This document shows, in pieces, positions 18,284 to 24,880 of a stretch of DNA of 38,808 nucleotides; position 1 is the stretch's first letter, and every line of letters begins with the position of its first letter. The stretch lies in the NCBI GenBank assembly GCA_046093585.1, contig JBJTFU010000175.1:1-38808 (forward strand), written 5' to 3'. A program made the translations under genes and the position numbers. The notes under the pieces were generated by a model that was not told where the DNA came from, did not search any database, and saw only the letters and a program-made list of their open reading frames with translations. Source of the stretch: Ilumatobacteraceae bacterium. GTDB taxonomy: Bacteria; Actinomycetota; Acidimicrobiia; Acidimicrobiales; Ilumatobacteraceae.

Positions 18284-19234
18284 GTGGGGATCAGGCGCAG
18301 TCAAGCCGAGCGAATGCTCAATCTGTTGGCTTTGCTGGTGGCGCGCAGCACGCCCCTCACGCTGAAACAGATTCGCAACGAGCTGGGCGATCACTATCCG
18401 CCGAACGACTCGGCGGCCCGCGCCTCCTTCGAACGGGACAAGGCCGAGTTGCGCAAGTTGGGGATTCCGATCGACCTCGTGACACTCGGTGGCGCCGAGG
18501 CGGGGGAAGGCGCGTACTCGATCGATCGACGCAACTTCGAGTTGACCGATCTCGGGCTCACTCCGGTGGAGAAGGATGCCCTGCAGATGGCGTTGGCGAC
18601 GGTCCGTCTCGGAGCAGAGGCGGGCGACGAAGCGTTGTGGAAGATGGGCGGTGAGCGGTTGCTTGCCGGTCGGGTGACGAGCATCAACCTGCAGATGACC
18701 GACGATCATCTTGCATCGCTCGCCGAGGGCGTCACCCAGTTGCGGACACTCACGTTCGTCTACAACGGCGAGCGTCGTGATGTCGACCCGTACGGTCTCT
18801 TGGCCCGCGGTGGGCACTGGTATATGATCGGCTTCGACCACTTTCGCGGACAACAGCGCGTGTTCCGCGTGGATCGGATCGAAGGCGAGATTCGGGCGGG
18901 CAAGAAGAAGAACTTCTCGCGTCCGGTCGATTTCGACCCGCGAACCGCAGTGCCGACCGAACAGGAAATGCTGGCCCTCGGCGGTGAATCCCCACGGCGG
19001 GCCGTCGTTCGTGTCGACTCACCGCTTGCCGAGAGGGTCGTGGAGGAACTGGGCGAGGAAGCAGTTCTGCGGCGCGGCGAGGATGGCTCGATCGATTTCA
19101 CCGTGCCGTGCGCCAACCTGCCGGTGTTCAGGAATTGGCTGCTCGCGATGGTCGACCGAGCGGAGGTGTTGGAACCGGCCGATGTGCGCTCGCACGTGGC
19201 GGAGTGGTTGGAGGAACTGGTGAGGCTCGGCTGA
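18284..19234 (+). CDS. pafB: HTH + WYL-domain transcriptional regulator, PafB-like
   Basis: N-terminal HTH (ERMLNLLALLVARSTPLTLKQI) and WYL block GGHWYMIGFDHFRGQQRVFRVDRI. It is paired with a second WYL gene by a 1-nt overlap, as in actinobacterial pafBC. Confidence 0.65.
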   Translation: MGIRRSQAERMLNLLALLVARSTPLTLKQIRNELGDHYPPNDSAARASFERDKAELRKLGIPIDLVTLGGAEAGEGAYSIDRRNFELTDLGLTPVEKDALQMALATVRLGAEAGDEALWKMGGERLLAGRVTSINLQMTDDHLASLAEGVTQLRTLTFVYNGERRDVDPYGLLARGGHWYMIGFDHFRGQQRVFRVDRIEGEIRAGKKKNFSRPVDFDPRTAVPTEQEMLALGGESPRRAVVRVDSPLAERVVEELGEEAVLRRGEDGSIDFTVPCANLPVFRNWLLAMVDRAEVLEPADVRSHVAEWLEELVRLG

Positions 19235-20190
19235 TGGCGTCGCGCAAGGGAAAGCGAGGTCCCGCCGGAGCGGGCGAGCGCGTGGAGCGTCTGATGGTGA
19301 TGATCCCGTGGTTGCTCGAACGGGGGCAAGCGGAGATCGCCCAGGTGGCCAAGGAGTTCAAGATCAGCGAGAAGCAGGTGATCGCCGACCTCGAGTTGGC
19401 GTCGGTGTGTGGTGCGCCTCCCTTCACCGCATATGAGTTGATCGACGTCTACGTGGACGAGGACAACGTCATGGCCTACGCAGGAATGCCGACGGTGATC
19501 CAGCGCCCGCTCAAATTGAACTCCGCCGAACTCTTCGCCCTGATGGCCATGGGTGCTGCGGCGATGGCGCTTCCGGGGGCGGACAAGCATGGTCCCCTGA
19601 ATCGAGCTCTCGAGAAGCTCCGTCCGTTGATGCCCACCGACGCGCCCCCGATCGTCGTCGAACTTCCGAAGACGAAGTACGTCGAGGAGATTCGCGAGGC
19701 CGCCATCGTCGGCGAACGCCTGACGATCGACTACTTCACGCCGGCGTCGGGTGCACGGACGACTCGGACGATCACTCCCCGCAACGTCTTCGAGCGTGGT
19801 GGCCACTGGTACGTATCGGCAGACGACGATCGGTCGGGCGAACGGCGCGAGTTCCGCCTCGACCGCATCGAGGCCTTGATGGCGATAGGCACGTTCGACC
19901 CACAAGAGGTCGAGCCGCGGGAGGGTGCAGAGTGGTTCGCGTCGATGAGCCGTACGGTGACGCTTCGTGTGGCACCGAGTGCGCGGTTCCTCGTCGAGTC
20001 CTACCCCTACTTGGAGCGCAAGGAACAACGCGACGGCTCGCTCGTCGTCAAGCTCGGGGTCTCGAGTGACCACTGGCTCGGTCGTCTCCTCGTCCGTGGC
20101 GGTACCGGCATCGACGTGCTCGAGGGGGATGCTCCGAAGGACCTGCGCGCCACGACCGCGCGTCAGGTGCTGAGCCGCTATTCGCGGTAG
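19234..20190 (+). CDS. pafC: HTH + WYL-domain transcriptional regulator, PafC-like
   Basis: ATG 19234 overlaps the upstream TGA (TGATG). RVERLMVMIPWLLERGQAEIAQVAKEFKISEKQV, and WYL block GGHWYVSADDDRSGERREFRLDRI. Confidence 0.65.
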   Translation: MASRKGKRGPAGAGERVERLMVMIPWLLERGQAEIAQVAKEFKISEKQVIADLELASVCGAPPFTAYELIDVYVDEDNVMAYAGMPTVIQRPLKLNSAELFALMAMGAAAMALPGADKHGPLNRALEKLRPLMPTDAPPIVVELPKTKYVEEIREAAIVGERLTIDYFTPASGARTTRTITPRNVFERGGHWYVSADDDRSGERREFRLDRIEALMAIGTFDPQEVEPREGAEWFASMSRTVTLRVAPSARFLVESYPYLERKEQRDGSLVVKLGVSSDHWLGRLLVRGGTGIDVLEGDAPKDLRATTARQVLSRYSR

Positions 20191-20753
20191 TCGTCGAGGT
20201 CGCTGAGGCGCTCTGCGCCTCGTTCACGCAGCAGATGGGGCAGGAGCGCTGCAGTGGCCAGTGTGTCCGCCAAGGCGTCGTGCGTGGGGATCGACTCGAG
20301 GCCGTAGTGCTCGACCAAGTTGGCGAGTTTGTGGCGACGCGAGCGCTGCGGGTCGAGCGAGCGTGACAACCGCAGCGAACACAGGGCCGGCTCCAGTCGC
20401 AAAGGGCGACCGAGTCGACTGCTCTCGCGTCTGAGGAAGGTGAGATCGAAGGCTGCGTTGTGGGCCACGGGGAGCGCTCCGTCGCAGGCCTGCTCGAGAC
20501 GCTCGAGGGCCGCCGCCATTGGCATGCCCGACCGCAGATGACGTCTGGTGATGCCGTGAACATGGTGAGCGCCGAGTCGACCGGGCCGCCAAAACCGCCG
20601 CTTGATGTATGTGCTGAACTCGTCGATCACCTTGCCGTCACCGCGCACGACGACGAATGCCAACTGCAGCGTGTGTCCGGGCTCGAGACCCGTCGTCTCC
20701 GTGTCAAAGACGACGTAGCGGAGATCGTGCAGTGGTGTGTCGGGGGAAAGCAC
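20178..20753 (-). CDS. DEDDh 3'-5' exonuclease (DnaQ/epsilon-like)
   Basis: Exo I YVVFDTETTGL, Exo II VAHNAAFDLTFL, Exo III HDALADT. Its 3' end overlaps the convergent pafC-like gene by 13 nt. Confidence 0.85.
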   Translation of the reverse strand: MLSPDTPLHDLRYVVFDTETTGLEPGHTLQLAFVVVRGDGKVIDEFSTYIKRRFWRPGRLGAHHVHGITRRHLRSGMPMAAALERLEQACDGALPVAHNAAFDLTFLRRESSRLGRPLRLEPALCSLRLSRSLDPQRSRRHKLANLVEHYGLESIPTHDALADTLATAALLPHLLRERGAERLSDLDDYRE

Positions 20754-20759
20754 GCCTTC

Positions 20760-20765
20760 ACCGTA
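20760..20765 (-). promoter_or_regulatory. -10-like hexamer TACGGT, 6 nt upstream of GTG 20753
   Basis: Reverse strand reads TACGGT-gaaggc-GTG. Confidence 0.45.
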
Positions 20766-20825
20766 TGGGGAGGGTGTCCGACGAAGGAAATCGCCTCGAT
20801 CGTCGGGAAGTCGAGTGCGTGCCGG

Positions 20826-21227
20826 TTACTTCTTGGCGAGAGCCTTGGTGAAGGCTTCCTTGTCGAAGTAGTCACGCCACAATGCGATCTTGCCGTGGCT
20901 GATCACGAACAAGCCTGCGATGTCGAACTCGACCCAGCGACCGTCGATCTCGAAGCGGTCGGTGCGCTCGTTCATCACGACACCGTGCTCCATGTCGCCG
21001 TTCGCGACCTGGTGGTGGACCAGCCATTCGACCTTCGACGCCGAGGCGAGGAAGCCGGAGAGGATGTTGACGATCGCTTCCCTGCCGAACACCTTCGTGA
21101 TCGGCACGTTGTCGTACTCACAGTCGTCGGCCACCATCTCCATCGCTGCCGTGAAGTGGCTCTGCTCGATGTTCTCGATGAACTTCGTGACGAAGTCGCC
21201 CGGATCGGAAATGGCGTGTTGGCTCAC
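20826..21227 (-). CDS. limonene-1,2-epoxide hydrolase / SnoaL-like (NTF2 fold) protein
   Basis: FVTKFIENIEQSHFTAAMEMVADDCEYDNVPITKVFGREA... and HGKIALWRDYFD. I prefer GTG 21227. The track start 21251 would place coding sequence inside a 12-bp-stem hairpin. Confidence 0.75.
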   Translation of the reverse strand: MSQHAISDPGDFVTKFIENIEQSHFTAAMEMVADDCEYDNVPITKVFGREAIVNILSGFLASASKVEWLVHHQVANGDMEHGVVMNERTDRFEIDGRWVEFDIAGLFVISHGKIALWRDYFDKEAFTKALAKK

Positions 21228-21247
21228 GCGTTCAAGTCTGACAGACA

Positions 21248-21284
21248 CCACGGGCGACGCCGAGACACTCGACGTCGCCCGTGG
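21248..21284 (-). terminator. strong hairpin (12-bp stem, 13-nt loop) without U-tract, downstream of whiB
   Basis: Arm ccacgggcgacg (21248..21259) pairs perfectly with cgtcgcccgtgg (21273..21284). It lies between the whiB stop (21309) and the next gene's start. Confidence 0.45.
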
Positions 21285-21308
21285 ACTTGCCTGTCTTTTG
21301 GGGAGGGT

Positions 21309-21653
21309 TCAGGCGCTCTTGGAGAGCTTCGAGCGAACGCCGATGGGCGCGGCGATCGTGTAGCCGGCGAGATGGCGTTCCTCTTCGTTCTCGCCACCCC
21401 ACAAGCCGTACTCGCGGTTGTCGCGAGCGAACTCGCGACAGGTTTCTTTGACCATGCATGCGTTGCACAACGCGCGGGCCTTGGCCTCGCGGCGCTCACG
21501 CGCTTGCGGACGTTCCGCCTTCGGGGCAAAGAACAGTTTCGTCTTGCCCTTGCAGTTGGCGAACTGCGTCCAGTCGATCATCGAGGACAGGGGGATGTTG
21601 GACTGCGGCAGATCATCGACCGCAGGCTGTAGCAGGGTGTCTAGGAGTGCCAT
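21309..21653 (-). CDS. whiB: WhiB-family (Wbl) Fe-S transcriptional regulator
   Basis: Four Cys in Wbl spacing (CKG...CNACMVKETC) followed by EYGLWGGENEEER (the G[VIL]WGG turn). Confidence 0.88.
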   Translation of the reverse strand: MALLDTLLQPAVDDLPQSNIPLSSMIDWTQFANCKGKTKLFFAPKAERPQARERREAKARALCNACMVKETCREFARDNREYGLWGGENEEERHLAGYTIAAPIGVRSKLSKSA

Positions 21654-21655
21654 GG

Positions 21656-21683
21656 ATTTAATGCTAAGTCGATTTAGTGCTAA
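21656..21683 (-). repeat. two copies of 12-mer ATTTA(A/G)TGCTAA, 16-bp period, abutting the whiB start; the proximal copy supplies TAGCAT 7 nt before the ATG
   Basis: Read directly as ATTTAATGCTAA gtcg ATTTAGTGCTAA. Reverse strand: TAGCAT-taaatcc-ATG (21653). Confidence 0.6.
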
Positions 21684-21745
21684 ATGTCAAGAAGCCCCAG
21701 GACCCAGTATTTTCAAGGAAATCCCGCTCTGACCCGGGGCGCAAC

Positions 21746-21787
21746 AGCCCAGTGTGGTTAGCCCAGTGGGATCAGCCCAGTGTGAGT
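21746..21787. repeat. three tandem 14-bp units sharing AGCCCAGTG
   Basis: AGCCCAGTGTGGTT / AGCCCAGTGGGATC / AGCCCAGTGTGAGT at 21746, 21760 and 21774. The array lies between the phoH2 stop and the whiB promoter. Confidence 0.8.
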
Positions 21788-21805
21788 AGTCAGGGGAGCT
21801 GGTGG

Positions 21806-23179
21806 TTACAGCAGCTCGGCAGCCAGGCTGGCCACCTCGGAGCGCTCACAGGTCGCCAGTGTGACGTGCCCGAAGCATGGCTGACCGGCGAAGGCGTGGA
21901 TCAACACCGCAAGGGCGTTGTTGGTCTCGCCCATGTACGGGGCATCGATCTGGCTCGTGTCGCCGGTGAACACCACCTTGGTGCCCTCACCGATGCGCGT
22001 GAGGATCGTCTTCAACGTGGTGGGTTCAAGGTTCTGCGCCTCGTCCACCACGACGAATTGCTGTTGCAGGGAGCGTCCACGCAGGAAGGTGACCGACTCG
22101 AGCGTGAGTTGTCCGCGCGCCGTGAGGTCGTCGATCAGACCTCGGGCATCGCGACTGGAGCGTTGGTCGGTGAGGGCGACGATGGCGTCATGGATCGCCG
22201 ACATCCACGGGTCGAGCTTCTCGTCCAAGTCTCCCGGCAGGAAGCCGACATCGGCGCGGCCCACGGGAACGAGGGGTCGGTACACCGCGAGGCGTTCATA
22301 CCGTCGTTCCTCGACCACCTGCTCGAGCCCGGCGGCGATCGCCATCACCGTCTTGCCCGTGCCTGCCCGGCCGTCCAAGGCGATCACGGTGATCTCGGGG
22401 TCGAGGAGCAATTCGAGTGCGAAGCGTTGCTCCTTGCTGCGCGAGCGGAGGCCCCAAGCTTCGGGAGAGTGGTGGGCAAGGAGGTGCAGCTCCCCGTCCC
22501 GGCAGCGGGAGAGCGCCGACTGCGAGCCGTTGCGCACGACGACGAAGTTGTTCTCGACGAGAGCGCTCGTGCCGTCGACGTCGGCCATCGGCAGCACCCC
22601 GTCCTTGTACAGGGCATCCACCTGGTCGACCCGAGCGTCGATCTGCACCCATCCCACGGGTCGCGAGTCGAGGCCGTGGGTGATGGGCTGATGCTCGTCC
22701 GCCGAGAGCCCGAGGTGCGCGGCCTTGATGCGCAGGGCGGCATCGTTGGAGATCACGCGGGTGGCGGCATGGCGAGCCTGCCCGAGGGCGGCACCGATGA
22801 TGCGGTTGTCCGGAATCTCCGGGTCCATGCCGTGCTCGATCAGGAGGTGTTTCTGGATGCCGTTGACCTCGATCTGCAGCGTTCCTGCCTCTGGCCCGTC
22901 GTGGACGGGCTGGGGGGAGGCGAGCGATCCGCCGGCCTTGCGGCGGAGATCCTCGATCGAGCGCAACGCCGTGCGGGCAGACCTTCCGACGTCGTCCATG
23001 CGCGTCTTCAGTCCGTCGAGTTCCTCCACCACCGTGAGCGGAATGACCACGTCGCACTGCGGAAAGTTGTACAAGCAACCAGGATCTGCGACCAACACCG
23101 AGGTGTCGAGCACGATGCGCGTTCGCGTGGACGAAACCACGACTTCTCGAGTGTCGAGTGGTGCGTTCTCAGTGTGCAA
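21806..23179 (-). CDS. phoH2: PIN-domain + PhoH-like ATPase fusion (PhoH2/YlaK type)
   Basis: PIN domain: IVLDTSVLVADPGCL...IPLTVVEELDGLK. PhoH P-loop: ALDGRAGTGKT. Also VVDEAQNLE and VVFTGDTSQID. TTG start at 23179. Confidence 0.88.
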   Translation of the reverse strand: MHTENAPLDTREVVVSSTRTRIVLDTSVLVADPGCLYNFPQCDVVIPLTVVEELDGLKTRMDDVGRSARTALRSIEDLRRKAGGSLASPQPVHDGPEAGTLQIEVNGIQKHLLIEHGMDPEIPDNRIIGAALGQARHAATRVISNDAALRIKAAHLGLSADEHQPITHGLDSRPVGWVQIDARVDQVDALYKDGVLPMADVDGTSALVENNFVVVRNGSQSALSRCRDGELHLLAHHSPEAWGLRSRSKEQRFALELLLDPEITVIALDGRAGTGKTVMAIAAGLEQVVEERRYERLAVYRPLVPVGRADVGFLPGDLDEKLDPWMSAIHDAIVALTDQRSSRDARGLIDDLTARGQLTLESVTFLRGRSLQQQFVVVDEAQNLEPTTLKTILTRIGEGTKVVFTGDTSQIDAPYMGETNNALAVLIHAFAGQPCFGHVTLATCERSEVASLAAELL

Positions 23180-23276
23180 CGAGTCTCAGTTTGGACGGTT
23201 CGTCGAGGTCGGTGGTGGATACTCGGAGCGCCACATCGTGGTCGAGGCGTGCACCGTCTGCTCGAGCGGTCGACGA

Positions 23277-23351
23277 GGAAGATTTCCGAAAATTTCACCT
23301 GCGATCGACGTTTTTGGGAGATTTTTCGAAATTTTTTTGGAAATTTTTTTG
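23277..23351. repeat. AT-rich phased T-tract array including a perfect 12-bp tandem duplication GAAATTTTTTTG x2 (23328..23351)
   Basis: T-runs start at 23311, 23322, 23332 and 23344, giving spacings of 11, 10 and 12 bp. Upstream are GATTTCCGAAAATTTC and the palindrome TTTCGAAA. The contrast with the GC-rich surroundings is stark. Confidence 0.85.
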
Positions 23352-23704
23352 TGGCCCGCGTCGCCGCCGTTCGGTGCGTGCACTGCGGTCGGCACCTCGA
23401 CTCCGCCCCGAAGTTGTCCACAGGCAGAGTGGCTCACGAGTCTCCGTCGAGCGCAGCACCGATCACCAATGATTGCAAGGGTTTCCGAGGATTCACGAAT
23501 CTCGGAGAGGATCCCCCGAGCGCACCCGCGAGTCGTCCCTGTCGTGGTGCAACGTGTCGTGATCGGTCACGATTCGAGTCGACGAGCGACGGATGCCGCT
23601 GGCCAAAAAACGCTTCCGAACGCCGAAGATGCTTGCAATTTGTCGCGCGACCAATTCAGATGGTGCACGTCGGTTATCCGATTCCGAGAAAGTTAGGTAA
23701 GACA

Positions 23705-23989
23705 ATGACAAAAGCAGAGCTCATAGACGCAGTTGCTCAGAACGCCGGGGTGTCCAAGGTTGACGCCGAACGAACCATCGGTGCTTTCTTTGAACTGGTC
23801 GTTTCTTCTGCAAAGAAAGGCGACAAGGTCGCATGGCCGGGCTTCGGCTCGTTCAGCACCTCGAAGCGCAAGGCACGTACTGGCCGTAACCCGCAAACGG
23901 GTGCACCGGTCCAGGTACCTGCTTCTCTAGCAATGAAGTTCACTGCAAGCAGCACGCTGAAGAGTGAACTGAACCCAAACCGTAAGTAA
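23705..23989 (+). CDS. hup: HU-family nucleoid-associated DNA-binding protein (94 aa, no basic tail)
   Basis: MTKAELIDAVAQNAGVSKVDAERTIGAFFELV...GFGSFSTSKRKARTGRNPQTGAPVQVPA is the canonical HU fold and arm. It was buried in shadow ORF 21677..23989. Confidence 0.92.
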   Translation: MTKAELIDAVAQNAGVSKVDAERTIGAFFELVVSSAKKGDKVAWPGFGSFSTSKRKARTGRNPQTGAPVQVPASLAMKFTASSTLKSELNPNRK

Positions 23990-24017
23990 GCAATACCGAA
24001 TAACCAAGGAGAAAATC

Positions 24018-24143
24018 ATGGCAGCAAAGAAGCGCAAGAAGGCCGCAAAGAAGGCCCCTGCGAAGCGCAAGAAGGCAGCGAAGAAGGCCGCGAAGAAGGC
24101 CCCTGCTAAGAAGCGCCGCAAGAAGGCCGCAAAGAAGAAGTAA
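24018..24143 (+). CDS. 41-aa Lys/Ala-rich histone-H1-like micro-protein (stand-alone equivalent of the HupB/MDP1 C-terminal tail)
   Basis: Not in the ORF track. It translates as MAAKKRKKAAKKAPAKRKKAAKKAAKKAPAKKRRKKAAKKK. AAGGAG lies 7 nt before the ATG and is the strongest SD in the window. A hairpin + T6 terminator follows. Confidence 0.6.
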   Translation: MAAKKRKKAAKKAPAKRKKAAKKAAKKAPAKKRRKKAAKKK

Positions 24144-24183
24144 TACGGCCTTAACCGAATAACAATCGGTTCGGATAACTGTC

Positions 24184-24215
24184 GATCGGGGGGCGAAAGC
24201 CCCCCGATCTTTTTT
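24184..24215 (+). terminator. intrinsic terminator (11-bp GC-rich stem, GAAA loop, T6)
   Basis: GATCGGGGGGC-gaaa-GCCCCCCGATC followed by TTTTTT, between the KA-rich ORF and convergent fbiD/cofC. Confidence 0.85.
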
Positions 24216-24221
24216 GTTCCC

Positions 24222-24845
24222 CTAGTTCGTGGAGAACCCGAGTCGAGTGCGCAGGCGATCGGGAACTAATTGCAGATCGTCGGGAACGTCGACGTCGATG
24301 CCGAGCAACGTGTCGATCACTTCCACGGGTCGCAGACCCCGTTCGTCGCACTCCCTGCGGTGAGCCTCGGCGCTGCCCGCTCCATAGTGGACGTCGAATT
24401 CCCGGCCAGCCGGCAGCACCATCACGTTGGTGCCGTCACGATGACGATCGCGCACCAAGACGACCTGGGAGTCGCCGGGAGTCGGCAGGGCGGCGAGCCG
24501 CTCGGGGTGGACGACATCGGCGTGACAGATCATCACCCAGTCGACGGTGTCGCCAACATGGCGATAGGCGAGCGTCACTGAGGCATTCAGGCCCCCGTTC
24601 TCGATCAAGGCCTCTGCGCCGGCTCGACGCGCCCACTCTGCACCCGCCTCGTCGTCGGTGACGACGATCACTCTCGACACGTCGGGAAGCACCCTGGCCT
24701 CTTCGATCACGGCGGCGGCGGTGAGTTCTGCCAGCAGCGCCCGAGTGGCCGGATCGAGGACCGCGGAGAGGCGCTCCTTGGCCTTGGCGAAACCCTTCAA
24801 CGGGATGATCACCGCCCCGGTGCGTCGGTCGCGCTGTGAGGCCAT
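24222..24845 (-). CDS. fbiD: phosphoenolpyruvate/2-phospho-L-lactate guanylyltransferase (F420 biosynthesis, CofC/FbiD)
   Basis: AVIIPLKGFAKAKERLS, VVTDDE and DRHRDGTNVM are typical CofC blocks. Confidence 0.8.
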   Translation of the reverse strand: MASQRDRRTGAVIIPLKGFAKAKERLSAVLDPATRALLAELTAAAVIEEARVLPDVSRVIVVTDDEAGAEWARRAGAEALIENGGLNASVTLAYRHVGDTVDWVMICHADVVHPERLAALPTPGDSQVVLVRDRHRDGTNVMVLPAGREFDVHYGAGSAEAHRRECDERGLRPVEVIDTLLGIDVDVPDDLQLVPDRLRTRLGFSTN

Positions 24846-24851
24846 CGGCGT

Positions 24852-24857
24852 AGCCTA
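24852..24857 (-). promoter_or_regulatory. -10-like hexamer TAGGCT, 6 nt upstream of fbiD ATG 24845 (same bases read TAGCCT on the + strand)
   Basis: Reverse strand reads TAGGCT-acgccg-ATG. Confidence 0.45.
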
Positions 24858-24880
24858 CGGTCGCCTCACGAGCCCTAATC

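Noticed and set aside
20754-20800. PafBC (RecA-NDp-like) box upstream of the DEDDh exonuclease.
   Set aside because: I found only GTCGGAC-N10-TACGGT. The core differs and the spacing is 2 nt longer than the motif I recall. TTGTCGGTG strings at about 495 (- strand) and about 28384 (+ strand) lie inside coding regions without a properly spaced TANNNT.
18284-21227. WYL regulators plus nuclease as a phage-defence island.
   Set aside because: The WYL pair has the specific PafB/PafC paired architecture. The neighbours are housekeeping genes (pgi, DnaQ-like exonuclease, LEH), and there are no defence-type effectors.
23469-23696. 76-codon + strand ORF (MIARVSEDSRISERIPRAH...) in the long region upstream of hup.
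   Set aside because: It has poor codon usage (many CGA/AGG/GAT/TCA codons), no RBS or -10 at appropriate spacing, and no motif. It is more likely part of the hup 5' regulatory region. TTGCAA -35-like hexamers occur at about 23472 and 23633, but I could not pair either with a convincing -10.
13104-23989. Many long overlapping ORFs on the track: 13104..14201 -, 13760..15058 -, 15001..15888 +, 15700..17100 -, 17152..18189 +, 17210..18853 -, 18760..20073 -, 20460..21632 +, 21677..23704 +, 22296..23078 -.
   Set aside because: Each lies antisense or out of frame to a gene with unambiguous family motifs (GT2, Ldt, hydrolase, rarD, pgi, pafBC, exonuclease, phoH2). Their translations are Arg/Pro/His/Gly-rich low-complexity sequence typical of off-frame GC-rich DNA.
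23927-24121. 64-aa - strand ORF MRRFLAGAFFAAFFAAFLRF... that could be read as a small hydrophobic membrane peptide.
   Set aside because: It is the exact antisense of the Lys/Ala-rich ORF (AAG/GCC repeats read as CTT/GGC, giving F/A). It has no RBS and would run into the hup 3' end. The + strand ORF has a strong SD and a terminator.
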